This document shows, one piece after another, positions 13,201 through 26,295 of a stretch of 64,000 nt of DNA (positions are counted from its first letter, which is position 1; every line of letters starts with the position of its first letter). Under the pieces are notes generated by a model. It did not search any database and was not told the DNA's origin. It was given only the letters and a program-made list of their open reading frames with translations. This DNA is from Diadema antillarum (taxonomy: Eukaryota): contig NW_027271899.1 of the NCBI RefSeq assembly GCF_040938485.1, forward strand, positions 620,001-684,000, read 5' to 3'. A program made the translations under genes and the position numbers.

Positions 13201-15900
13201 ATGTGAGATGCAGATGTGGCAAATGAAGAAGACAAGAGACATTTTATCATCAATCATGACGGTGCTACCATGCCCCTTCAGGAGCCCTGCTGCCGTTCGA
13301 TATTCCGGCGTTCCCATCTCCGGCGGTTCTTCTCCCCATCATCAGCTGGGGACGGCTTCGGTTACCCATCCGAGGAAATTACCTGCGCAACGAGATCGCC
13401 CCCTAAAATTTCCTGAGTGTTCACTCTGCAGCGATGGGATTGCTCTCATCAAATTCAAAAATAGCAGTGGCTGTTTCACGTCAAAACCCTAACAATCGCC
13501 ACAAGCTGAGACATTTGTCTGACTACTGGCTGGAGGTGATTCTTCCTTTCTTCCTCCCAATTCTTGTCTTTTTCCATTACTGCTGTGCTGTGCTGTGCTG
13601 CTCATGACTTGTCTTGGACACTCATAACTTACTACTGCTCTCAACTGTTTGTAGGTTTCAATTGTAAATTGAAGTATACGAATTCTGCTTTGATATATTA
13701 GCGAGCACTGAACATCTTACTCAGCTTGAAAAAAGTTTAAGTCTGGTATATTCTTATTTCTTGCACTTATCTGTTGTGTCAGTATAGCATTGCACCTCCC
13801 TTTTTTTTTGCACTGTATTTTCAAACTTTTTATTTTCAATTTTCAATTTTCAACTACAATGTATATGTGAGATTTGGGGCTGGAGTTGGGAAGAAGGGCT
13901 CTCGGTTTATTATATTTGCTGAAAAAAAAATCGGTCTACAAATGCACACAGCCAGTCTATCCAAAGCCTTTGGGTTTCAAACATGCAATGGCCAAGTTGA
14001 TGAGAAGTCTCCAGGATGTGTGCCAGGGACTGCTAATCATGAGGTATCATGGGTGAAACTCTCCACATACATGTAATTTGTGTTCAATTCAATCTACATA
14101 TGCATGCACTTGCAATTGCAAAGCCACAAGAAGACAGGGGAAAAAAAAGGAAAGAAAGCTTCTCTTCGGAATTGCGAGTCCAGAGGCTGATGATTCCAGG
14201 GAGACAAAATTTGCCCCAGTAAAAAGTGTCAAACGGGAACAATGTATGCCACGACATTCGTTCAATTTTCTCATTATAAAGCATAATTGGCACACTTCAT
14301 ACACATTTGTGAAGAGACCTCAGCTGGCATGATCATGACCAAAAAATAACAAAGTCCCAAATATAGCAATGAACAGCTGTTAGCATGCCAACTTCCTTAC
14401 TGGAATATGTGCAGGTTTTTTTTTTTTTCATTCCTACTTATATTCATTAAACTCCCATTTACGGTGTACCTGCATGTGGTTGTTACAAGGACAGACAAGA
14501 ATTATAGGCTGTCGAATTTTTCTTTTTTTTTGTAAACTGTAATTGATCATTTCTATTTCAAATTTTGAATAGTTACAAAACTGCCAAGTGCATGCTATAT
14601 GGCATGTTTTCAGTCACTATTGTAATCTGTACCACATAAATTTCCTACTTCCTTTACATCGGAATGTGGATGGTTTTATTTGCATATCTAGTCATAAAAC
14701 TGTTAAGTACTAGCAAAGCATATGAGCACAGTCTGAAATTAGAGACTTTTTTTTTCTTTTAATATTCACATCTAAATACATTGTAGAAGTACACTGTATA
14801 CTGTATAAATGGTTAACTGTATTATTCAATGAATTTTTCAGTCGATGCATACTAGCAAAATAAACAGCTTATAAAAAGTTTGCTTCGTACAACACAAATG
14901 CACTGTATGCCATTTCCAAGGAAATAAAAACTGTTTTCCTGAAAAGGGATGATATCTATTTCCCATGCCATCACTGCAGTTCTGGAACACAAATTCAATA
15001 ATTCCTGAAATCGTCTTATGAGATCCAGTTTGCAATTCAAGAAGTACCCGGAATACTCGGCACAAAATTGCTGAGTCTGCTCCAGGGAGGGCTATGCACC
15101 CATGTTAATCTAATCTTCAGTCTGACTACTCATGCCTCTGGAAATATGGCTAGCTCATACTTTCTTCATTAGTTGTTAACTTGCCATAAAACCATAAAAT
15201 GAAGAAAGACAAATGCTCCGATATAAATTCACAAAGAATTCAACTTGCTGAATCCTCCTGTCATGTAACTTTCTGACAGTATGAATTGTGGCTATGCCTT
15301 CCCCATCGGTCTTGATCTAGACTTCTGAATGGGTTAAACACTGGATGCCCTGCTTGAACCATACAGTGTATCACATAAAAAAGTGACAAACGACCTGCAC
15401 AACTTTTGTGTGTCAAGATCAGAATGAATTAAATGTGAAACCAAAGATAACCAACTTCACTCTTGTGGATAAGGGCTTGCAACAAAGAACAATGCACAGT
15501 ATGAATACATAAAACTGAATACATTTAATATGCATACAAGTACATACACACAAGCATAAAAACTCTCATACACATATTCATCCAAAAAAAAAATACCCTT
15601 ATGAAATACATTCATACATACATACACACTCATACATGTATTCATATATAAAAGTATACATTGTATGCAAACACACATACATGAAGTAGGTAGATAGATA
15701 GGTTGAGAGATAGGGCTATCAATGATGTTATCGAAGAAATTTTATATTTCAAAAATAGTCCCATAAAGGACACTCAAACGACCATTCATTCGACACAAAT
15801 ATTCTCAAAATATCTAATTCGTTTCAGAATACCTCTATTGGGATGGGGGAAGTGGGGTAGTAGGAGACAGGCTTGTGAGAAAAAAAAATTTGAAACTCAC

Positions 15901-16119
15901 CTTGTTGCCATGGTATCGTCTCCACCACTTCCTGCGTGAGGGCATCCTCATTCATGCGGAAGGCCATCATCAGGGCCTGGGCCCACTCCTCCTTGGCCAG
16001 GGTGCTGCGGACCACGGCCGGGGTCAGGCTGAGGGTCAGGTCGTAAGGGTCAAAGGTCATGTTGGTGTCCAGAGAATAAACAAGGAGGCCCTCTGTGGTC
16101 GTGGCCGCCCACTGTCGAC
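15901..16119 (-). CDS. PWP2: PWP2 exon 16 (RQWAATTTEGLLVYSLDTNMTFDPYDL...ALMMAFRMNE...IPWQQ)
   Basis: Bounded by ttcacag| and |gtgagt, 219 nt. WAATTTEGLL motif and start of the Utp12-type C-terminal domain. Confidence 0.97.
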
Positions 16120-16825
16120 CTGTGAAAATTCATGGAGGTGCAGGTATGTTACGACAAAGTTTGAAAGGGAATAATCTGCCATATATACACACCTGAGTGT
16201 ACACGGTAGATGATATTGCATCATAGAAATGCTGCCATGTCTAATGCATGCGAAAACAGAATAATGGACTATAAATGAGGCAATGACAAATCAACGCTAA
16301 CATATTGTGAGACTACAAAAAGTAAAATCTAGATAGCTTAAATAATGAAGAAAATATTTCATATGCACAGCACATTCATTCTATCTAATTTCTGAAGGAC
16401 TGCAAATAAAACATATCTCATATTCTTTCTTTCTCTCTTGTTTTCTTCTCATTATATTCTTGTTCTTGTTGTTCTTCTCTTTCTTCTTTTTCTTTGTCTT
16501 CTTCCTCTCCTTTTTTCTTTCTTTCAGTTTTTCTGTATGAGATAAAATTCTTCTCTGGAATCATTACCAAACAAAACTGTCAAATATCTGGTAGCCAAAG
16601 CTTACTACATTCAAAGAGGAACAAAGGCCTATCACTGACAGTTACCAATTTTTCTTATTTGAGGGTTAAGATCATCCTATTCCAATTAAAAAAAAAAAAA
16701 AAAAAAAAAAACCTTTCTGGCTAGATTGTGAATGTTTTAAGTTCTCTCTTCCTTTTTATCATCACTCATACATATGTATTATATTTAGGGGGAGAGATGT
16801 GAAAAGGGGAAGGGGGTCCTATTAA

Positions 16826-17026
16826 AGGACAAGTTCACCTTCATAGGCATGTGGATTGAGTGAATGCAGCAGTATAAGTAGAACATATCAGTGAGATTTG
16901 GGGGAAAATCAGACAATCCGTTAAAAAGTTATGCATTTTTTAAGTATCTGCAAACTCACACTGATGTGTTCTACTTATACTGCTGCATTCATGCAATCCA
17001 CATGTTTATAAAGGTGAACTTGTCCT
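16826..17026. mobile_element. Kolobok-like MITE, second family
   Basis: TTAA|AGGACAAGTTCACCTT...AAGGTGAACTTGTCCT|TTAA. Confidence 0.8.
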
Positions 17027-18008
17027 TTAATATTTGTTAAAGTACACCATATGAGCCCTATCCCAATATTTTCCCTCATAGGGAAATCTCTCGAATGAGC
17101 AGCAACTGAAGGGCACTGTACTTTTCATGGGCCTTACCATCGTTCTCTTGGTCTAATGTCATATGAATGATGTAATTTCATCACATGTACATATCATTTG
17201 CCATGTGCAATTAGTTTTCACGAATAGACCCTCCCCCCCCCCCCCCCCGAAAAAAAGAAGAAGTTATAAATATCTCACAATAAACCAACATTATTAGGTG
17301 AAGCACAACAGATCAAATGTCTGTGCACTTTGAATGAAAGCAGACACATTGCAGACTGTTGCCAATCTAGGGAGTGGCACATGAGTGAGGGTCATGCAGT
17401 GTGAAAATATACACACACACACAAACACACACACTAATAAACCATATCTCTTTTGAGGCTTGTCTATATATTCTCAAGCTCTTACTGATAAGTTTCCCAT
17501 TTCAATCAATCGTCGGAGACATAAACACACAATTTTACATGCTGCAATGAATATTTTGGACTACTTGGAATATTTTCGTGAATGCGTTTGCTGAATAAAA
17601 TAACTATAATCTGCATATATATCATATCATGTACAAAATTTGTAGGAAATCTTCCCTTATGTTGATGTGAAATGAATGCAGTACTTTTTTAGAGAATACT
17701 AATATACTGATCATTATGATTATATTGATTAACATGTATGCTTTCACTCACTATGTTTCCCCAGTAGAATTTTAAGGGAAGCTGAAACGCATGATTTGTT
17801 TGCCTTTACAATCTATGCAATCGTCATGTCAGTGAGGAGCATCCCCTTCCATTACATTGCATTACTACTCTGGTGACAAGAAAAATCATCTATCTATTGT
17901 ACCTCATCCCGAATGCGTGGGGGACCAGTAACGGCCGGTCCAACCGCCTACAAGTAATACCCTGGCTACAGTTATGCCAACAACAGCAAAGGGAAAGGAT
18001 AAGCTCAC

Positions 18009-18120
18009 CTGTGGCAGAGAATCGCACGCAGGACACGTCTACCTCCGTCCGGTGTCGCCTGGTGCTGCGATGTACCCTGGTGGACCCAGGGCCAGCTACT
18101 CCCGCCATTCCCGCTCCCGT
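18009..18120 (-). CDS. PWP2: PWP2 exon 15 (TGAGMAGVAGPGSTRVHRSTRRHRTEVDVSCVRFSAT), divergent in its 5' half
   Basis: Bounded by ctcaaag| and |gtgagc, 112 nt. The 3' half aligns without gaps to PEIRVTSLRFSPTG. The 5' boundary is less certain. Confidence 0.78.
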
Positions 18121-18289
18121 CTTTGAGATGCAAATAAATGAGCCGGACAACAAATCAAAATTGATGCTACTTCAAGCTTTCAAGCTTTTTGCAAAATAGA
18201 CATCCATGATAGTAAAGTATTCTCAGCCTTCATGCTGTGAACACGGCTGCCTCGCTGCAATAGCTCTTTGGCTAATGACTCATTTTTAA

Positions 18290-18440
18290 CGACATACCAA
18301 GTTAACATTCCATAGTGGAGATCAACTGAGCAGGTGCACTGACTTGGCAAATGGTAACAAGATGACGAGAGTCTGATAGGATTTGAACCCACAACTCTCT
18401 AACCAACAGTCAAAACATACACACTGATAATCACGGCACC
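18290..18440 (-). mobile_element. Degenerate tRNA-derived SINE head
   Basis: Minus strand GGTGCCGTGATTATCAGTG (A-box-like) followed by GGGTTCAAATCC (B-box). No intact cloverleaf. Confidence 0.45.
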
Positions 18441-19487
18441 TCTCATTACTGTCTACAGTATGTATGTTACATTTGAACTGTTTCTTGCATATTTCAGTGG
18501 TTCTGCATAGAGATGGTCCTCTCTGAAAGACAAAACAGTTTTGCTGAACATGTGGAGCAAAACTTAGCCACACTAAATTAATTTTGCCATCAAACTCCAT
18601 ATACATATATATGTGTACATAATACATTCACTTAAATGTTCATTTATATATTTCTACATTATGTTAAAACATAGCTATATCATGTAGGTCAACTCAGGGA
18701 CATCCATAACACTTTAATACATAGAAACAATCTCCATCAAGAAATTTATTCATGGAGGGAAACCTGAACACAGCCTGCACATTTGATGCAAATCTCTTCA
18801 GTATTATGAGCAGCTTACAGACCTAATCAGGTCTCAATTTCCTCGCAAAAACATCGTAATCAAATGCTGCATATCTCTTACAGTTAAAACGAGATTACTT
18901 CCTCCAGCTTTCAAAGCCTTATTACACCAAGTAAAGTCAATCGCAAAGGAAGGAAAAAAAAAAACATTCATCAAGAAAATAAGATATTGCTATCACGTCT
19001 CAGGCATGCTTTTCCCCCAGGAGAGATAAAAATAAACATGAAAAAGCCTGAGGGCAGGAGCAATTTCAAATGTCAAAACAAGCAAACTTTAACAGCCGAT
19101 GCCCACGCAAATAAAAATAAAAGATGAAAAATAAAATGGCAAAAACTCATAAAGGGAAAATTGGGGGAAGTAGCATGACCCACATAACAATGGTAACCTC
19201 TGATGTGCAGCAGGCGAATACCAGAATATATTGTGATTGACACACAAAAAAAGAAGAGAAAAAGAGGACAGACTACCACATATTTAGTATGGTAGGGCTA
19301 CATACTCGTATCAAACTTCCAAAACATTCCCTGCAAGAAATGATATCGATACCAATGACCCAATTCAAAATCTGCATTTATGGTGGACAAGCTGAATTAA
19401 CACGCAGGATGATTCTGATAATGCACGTGACTGTTAGAAAGAATGATGATATTCTAATTTTCAGTGGGAATAAGTACATATTTATAG

Positions 19488-21040
19488 CAGGGCTCGACAC
19501 TAACGGTGGCCCGGGGGCCACCAAAAATGAAAGTCGGGCCACCAAATTTCAAAAAAGGGCAAATTTGGTGGCCCGCCTTGGGCCACCAAAATTTTTTGAA
19601 AAGTATGTCAATGAATTCGTAACTTTTTGCGCCGGAAATTAGCAGTTAAATTTGTTTAAAGGATGGATGAAAAGAACTGAATGAGTGCCTGAGAGTGAGT
19701 GTTGCAAGTTTGTTGAAGTTTATTTATGAGTAGATATGTCCAACTTCTAATTCTTACTATCATAAAACTTAGATATTTGACTCATTAAAAAACAAGGCAA
19801 TCGCCAAATTGTGTCTCGCCCATTCGCGTACAAGGAATTAATATTTTTTATAACTCCCAGAAGTCAATTGACCTGCTTATGACCTTTGACCTTGTGGTGA
19901 CCTTCAATACCCTAAGGGACATTTACCATCCAAGTTTGGTCACAAACGGACAAAGGGATCAAAAGTAATGAGCCACAATCACAACGCGCCATAAAAACAT
20001 AACATTGGGCTCTGAAAGTTTGTTGACCCCTGTCTGTGACCTTTGACCTTGTGATGACCTTCACCTCCCCAAGGGACATGTTCCATCCAAGTTTGGTCAC
20101 AAATGGACAAAGGGATCAAAAGTTATGAGCCATAAACGAAATGCACCCTAAAAACTTAACATTCGGCCCTAAAAGTTCGTTGACCCCTGTCTGTAACCTT
20201 TGACCTTGTGGTTACCTTCAACTTCCCAAGAGACATCTACCATCACCCAAGTTTGATTGCCATTGTAGCAACATGTGCTGAGTTATGTGTGATCAGAGAG
20301 TCTTGCAAGTAAACTTTAACGTATGACCTCAAATGACCTTTGACCTTATCATGTGACCTCTTACGGCACCATAACATGAAGGTACCCCAAGTGCATCCAT
20401 CACCCAAGTTTGATTGCTATTGTAGCAACATGTGTCGAGTTACGAGTGATAAGAGAGTCTTGCAAGTAAACTTTAACGTATGACCTCAAATGACCTTTGA
20501 CCGTATCCTGTGACCTCCAACGGCACCATAACATGAAGGTACCCCCAGTGCATCTATGACCCAAGTTAGGTTGTAATCCAAGCAACTTATGTGAAGTTAT
20601 TTGTCAAAAGAGAGTCTTGCAGGTAAACTTTAACATAGAAAAGAGGGTCTTGCACATACCCTTTAATATATGACCTCAAATGACCTTTGACCTCATCACA
20701 TGACCTCTGACAACACCATAACATGAAGATACCCCTAGTGCTTCTATCACCCAAGTGTGGCTGCCATTGCTGTAACAGTTGCCAAGTTATGCATCATAAG
20801 AGAGTCTTGCAGGTAAACTTTAACATTTGTGACGGACGACGGACGGACGACGGACGGACGCCATTTGGATCCCTTAGTCTCGCCTTCACCTCCGGTGGGC
20901 GAGACAAAAAGGGCTTCTAATGTTTTTTATTGGTTTTTTTCGGGACATCAAATTTTTCTCTCGGGCCACCAAAAATTTGAAATTTAGGATTTTGGTGGCC
21001 CCATCGGGCCACCAAACAAAAAAGTTAGTGTCGAGCCATG
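19488..21040. mobile_element. Non-autonomous DNA transposon (CAGGG/CATGG ends, 7-bp TSD; P-superfamily-like) carrying a nested Helentron-like element
   Basis: TIR CA(G/T)GGCTCGACACTAAC, TSD TTTATAG at 19481-87 and 21041-47, and many GGTGGCC/GGCCACC subterminal motifs. Confidence 0.85.
19791..20908 (+). mobile_element. Helentron-associated (HINE/DINE-1/pearl-like) element, family A
   Basis: AACAAG start, subTIR TGTCTCGCCC / GGGCGAGACA, internal ~150-bp tandem units, (GACG)n microsatellite, 3' hairpin GTCTCGCC-TTCACCTCCGGTG-GGCGAGAC and an A-rich end. Confidence 0.8.
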
Positions 21041-21417
21041 TTTATAGGAATAGAATTTTTACCCTATGCAGTATCATCATGCATGTTCTTATGACTCTAG
21101 CTGATTTTAAAACAACTTCAGGAATCTCTGTCGTCTACTCGTACAGCAAATATGTCAATGTCAGATGAGTTGAAGTTCTGTTTTAATAGTGAAGCAACAT
21201 GAATTACATCCCTCTCTTCTGTCAAGAAAGCTGGATTTTAGAATCAAACATTCACATAAGTTTTCTGCCATTAGAAACAGCGGGAGATATAATGAGAACA
21301 GCCCCTTGAAATAAATAACAGAAAGGTGCTCATTCCGCCAAAGCCAAAGGGTCATCTGCAGTATGACCCATTGGCATGCCAAAGCAAGAAGTCTTTATGC
21401 TGGCTGTTCTATTTTAA

Positions 21418-21506
21418 CCCGTTGACGACTGCCTGCTTTAATTTGCTGCAATACACATTTCCCATAGACACTTGCTCAAGTATACTCGGGACTCGTCCTC
21501 AGCGGG
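21418..21506. mobile_element. piggyBac-like mini-MITE (89 bp)
   Basis: TTAA|CCCGTTGACGAC...GTCCTCAGCGGG|TTAA. Confidence 0.78.
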
Positions 21507-22776
21507 TTAAAGAAAATGCAATCCAGCTCCCGGTCAGTTAAAAGGAAATCAATGGCGGTGGAGGATGCGATGAAATTTGAAGAGTGCTCGGTTCACATAA
21601 TTTCTTGCAAAATACTGGCTGCTGATGAAATTCTGTCTCCCCGCTGAAGTTCACAAAATTTTAATCTTGGTGACCCCCACACCAATCTTCTGAATTTGAA
21701 AATTTGCTTTTATGTCAAGTGCTTCCTGCTACTGATATGGTACCCCATTTATACTAAAAGAAAAAGGGGGTTATGAAGCCTCCTATAACATCCTCAAAAA
21801 GCCTTTATTGCAGTAAAAATGCTACGGGGGTTTGATAAGCCGCTTTTTTGCCGACCTGGAAGTTATTACTGAAGGTCATTGCCAGCTTACAGTATAAACA
21901 AACCAGGTATCGTGACCAACTGCCCCTGATAAATGGCACACAACTTGCACACTTCTGCGCTTAATCACGTTTGCAGTTATATGTCTAAGAAATTCAGAAG
22001 CCTGCGCCGTGTATCAGATGAGAACTTGGTTACCATGGGAATGAAGCCAGACAGGCCTGCTTGGGCGAAACTAGCCCAAGCAGTATAAAACACACAAGAG
22101 ACCGCTTTTTTGAGCGGGCTTTCGAACCTCCTCGAGGAGGCTCTGAAACTCACATGCAGTATAAATGGGGTAAGAGTAACTACTGCCATGGTAGCATACA
22201 TAAAACTGCCTTTATATAAAATAACTTTACCCCAAAATAAACCTTGCAGCCACATCATCCCATCGGCTGAAAGGATAGAGAACATAATTGGCATATAATG
22301 CCATGAGGACTTTTTACAGAGATTTTTGTACTTTTTGATGTGTTCTATTAAAGTGCTATGCCACTCCATGAAATTAAACACACAAAAGGGTAGTCATTTC
22401 TTTAACTTCTTAAGGTAAAATGAAATTTGAAAAAGAAATGTCAAAATAAAGAAAAAGCTGTCACAAAAAATTACCCATTCTTTGGGCCTGGCAATTTTTT
22501 TTCTCTCTCTCCCCGTTTTACATGAATTGTGTGAATGCATTTCCCTAGGTGATGAGAGAACACTTTAAAATATGAGGAATGCGCAATTTGTCAGATCTGT
22601 ATCTTTACAGTCAGACATGGGACAACATTTTATTTATTTTTTTAGGGGGGGTGCTTATTGTACATGGAAAGGAAAGACAATTTACGAATAATTTAAAACC
22701 ATGTTCAGTCTAATTTCAAAACACCAGAGAACATAATGATAAATGTCTCATCAAAATTACACATAATACAACATAT

Positions 22777-23684
22777 AACTAGAAATGTCGCTACAGCGAC
22801 TGGTTATACCCCCGCCAATCAACATTTCATAAGCTTTGGTCAAAACAACATTTCATAAGCTTTGGTCAAAAAACTGAGGAAGTAGTTAAATCCGCAAGAT
22901 CTTTCCTTGATCTTCTGCCATTAATATGCCGTTACCATGGCAACGTACTTTCGGGTACTGTCGAAAAATGCGTCTTGCACATCTACAACCAAAGGCACAC
23001 ATCTGTACCAAGTTTCATGGAAATTGGGCAAAAACTGAGGAAGTAGTTTGCAACACAAAATTTTCCATCATTTTGGCTCATAATATGTGAGCTGTTACCA
23101 TGGCAACATACTTTTTGTCACTGTCAAGAAATGTGTCATGCTGACCTATATCCTAAGACAAACATCCAATATGAATTCCATGAGAATTGGAAGAACACTG
23201 ATGAAGCAGTTTTGCCATGAAGCATTTTGCCCTATATTTTACCAATAACATGCCGTTACCATGGCAACGCACTTTTTGCCACTGCGGAAATATGTGTCTT
23301 GCACATTAACATATTCAGATGAACATCTGTACCTAATTTCATAAAAATTGATCAAAAACTGTGGGAGGAGTTCGCGACGCAAGATTTGTACCCATTTTTG
23401 CCCATAATATGCCGTTACCATGGCAACATACTTTTGGGTACTGTCAAAAAATACGTCTTGCACATCTACAACCCAAGGCACACATCTGTGCCAAGTTTTA
23501 TGGGAATCGGTTGAAAACTGAGGAAGTAGTTCGCGACGCAAGATTTGCAACGGACCGACCGCCCGACCGCCCGACCGCCCGACCGCCCGACCGCCCGACC
23601 GCCCGACCGCCCGACCGCCCGACCGCCCGACCGTCCGCTGATTCCTATATACCCCCTTCAAACTTCGTTTGGCGGGGGTATAAA
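22777..23684 (+). mobile_element. Helentron-associated (HINE/pearl-like) element, family B copy 1
   Basis: AACTAG start, 5' hairpin GTCGCT-AC-AGCGAC, perfect 14-bp subTIR TTATACCCCCGCCA / TGGCGGGGGTATAA, ~162-bp tandem units, (GACCGCCC)n tract and a 3' hairpin. Confidence 0.85.
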
Positions 23685-25794
23685 AAAGCTGTAAAATTCT
23701 AGTATTACAAGTTTTCATAAAATACAAACAAACTGAAAGAGGTGATGATGTCATGACTTTACAGCTTTTCCAATAGACTGACATCAAATAATATCATATG
23801 ACTTATGCCAACTGTTAATGGTTCCACTGCTACTACAGTAGGACATGGTTATCAATCAACAGTGAAATAATAAAAACTAAGTTTAATTTTTTTTTATAGC
23901 CATATTGCTTCATTTGGCAATGTTTTCTGTTTTAATATCTGTGGCTTTATCAGGGCAACAAGAAGAATTTTATACTCTGGCAGGAAATTGAGTCAACAGT
24001 TTCCTTTGATATTCAATGAGTTCAAGGATTTTTGGTATCTGCATATAAATTTTTTATGTTCCCATTTTTTTTTTAATTTCCTCGAGTAAACTTAATTGTA
24101 CAGCATTCAAAGCTTATAAACTTGCTGAAATCTAAACCAAATTTCATCTTTTATAGCCTCTTTGAACCTTATAATGTGTTTTCCCCAAATCCCGTAATCA
24201 CTTCACCCCATTTCTACAAATCTCATCGCACGCGGTGAAATCTGGCTGTCGGTTGGGTAAGGGCCCCGGCCTAGGGTGGATGAATTAGCCTACTTTGCAG
24301 CGGAGAGGATCAGATCAGTGCAGCGACGGGTGCGGGGATGATGGAGCAAATCGCGATGGTTAAACAACTAGAATTTCCCACTAACATAAACATTGCGCTC
24401 CACCCGTGTGGAAGAGAAAAAAAATCGATTAGAGTACCCCTCTTTTCTCTCTCTCCCTTCTCTTCCCGACTTTCCAGTCTGTTTTCACAATGAGCTCTTT
24501 CACTTGCGATTGCCCAATCTGATTTCGCCCCAAACATTCTGTGTAATTTCAGATCCAATCTGATGGGATTTGCCCATCTATTCGAGTCAATCAATTCATT
24601 GGCTCAGAAAACGTTCCCTTCTCCTCATCCCCTTCCTCTCTCATGTTTTTCTTTGTTAGTCCGAACTATTACAAACAATACTCTATGAGAATTGCCTCCT
24701 ATGTGGGATATGATCTAAAAATCTATGTTGATTTATAAATCAGCGTCAATTTTTCAAGTCATTAGAAGTATATGGCATTTGAGACTCTCCATCTCCCTTC
24801 ATTTATTCTAAAAATATTGAGTAAGTTAAGTAGATCATCTTGAATACAATAACAATTTAGGCTAGCTCTGGGGGAAGCTGATTGTTACTATTGTTTTTCA
24901 TTTTGTTTTTCTTTTCTTTTTTCCAAGGAGTATTTGATTATCATTCAGCTCTGTTGCCATATTGCTGTTGTAAGATTTTGCTAGATAAGCTATATCAAGG
25001 AAAATGAATTATGGATTACTTGGAAACAAAATGACAGGCACACAGCATGACAAGCCATATAACAATAACATATCCCTGAAGAGTTACAATATTAGTAGAG
25101 CAAGCTTATTCTCTTCACAAACACAACTCTATACAGTTCCTTCTAATAATATTTCTAATTTCTGTTATAGGTATAAAAGAGAGATCATTTGCACTGACAG
25201 CAAAAACAAATATGCTTACAAGTACAACACAGGGGCTCTGGAACCTTCTTCGGGGGGGGGGGGGGTGCAGTCATTGATTAATTTCTCTTCATTTATATTC
25301 ATATACCATTCAAACACATGTCATAACATATAACATTCCATTTGAGATTCACACACACACAGATGCACACACACACACACACACACCATATATACATTGA
25401 GTATGCATCTTCTGTGGCTAACTGCACAGCCTGAGCTCTACAATGGTGTAACTAGACACAAAAATTTGGTTTCACGCATTAAAACTTTCAAAAAAGCATG
25501 TATTCTTTTGGTGGGCCAATCAGGCAACTACAATTTAAAATAAATTGCTTTGTTTCCTTTTACTTAGCACAATTACATTTCTTTTTTAAGCCATCAACAT
25601 TTCAAATTCAATAATTGTAATGGCCCGAACAGGCCACAAGAGAAAAATAAAATTAGTGTCAAGTCCTTCTACAACACTAACACAGCTTCTGTGTTAAGTG
25701 TGATTATCCCACCAAGTATGACTGTTCATGTTCCTCTTTTATTATCTCGGCATCTTGAGCTGAGACTATCCTCCAAGATAAGCAAGGCTTCTAT

Positions 25795-26250
25795 GGGTGC
25801 GTTTATAAGATTTTGCGTGCCTAGAATCACTGTTTTGAATCACTGTTTTGAAACACTGTTTCAAATCACAGTTTCGTTAGGAGAGCGTTTATAAGATTTT
25901 TTTCTCCGAGCGTGTTGGGGCTCTCGCTCAGACTGTGCCATTGCGCAACTCACTCTGCGCAGTTTTTCCTCGGCAAAAGGTCAAACAGGGTGCGCGCAAG
26001 GCATTGTGACGTCACATAAACAGTGTTTGCGATCGCGGTTGCGTTTATAAGATTTTCGAAACACTGATTCTACAGAAACACTGTTTGTAAACGCACTGTT
26101 TTGTGCGTTTACAAACAGTGTTTCAAAACACTGTTTCAAATCACGGCGAGCGTTTATAAGAATTTTTTTCGAGCTAGAATCACTGTTTGGCCAGAAACAG
26201 TGTTTCAAAACACTGTTTGTGGCCAGAAGAAAAATCTTATAAACGCACCC
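25795..26250. mobile_element. PIF/Harbinger-like MITE
   Basis: 20-bp TIR GGGTGCGTTTATAAGATTTT, 3-bp TSD TAT and many AAACA(C/G)TGTTT motifs. Confidence 0.78.
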
Positions 26251-26295
26251 TATGCTGAATCTGCTTCCCCCAGCTAATGACAGCTCACTGAATAA

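Noticed and set aside
12992-13492. 166-aa plus-strand ORF
   Set aside because: It starts in low-complexity A-rich sequence and has no recognisable homology.
21977-22381. 134-aa minus-strand ORF and the short plus-strand peptide MSKKFRSLRR...
   Set aside because: There is no recognisable domain and no paired splice signals, so they cannot be supported as a nested gene.
23239-23787. 182-aa ORF and its paralogues at 32228-32791
   Set aside because: They are translations of HINE tandem units and the GACC microsatellite, not genes.
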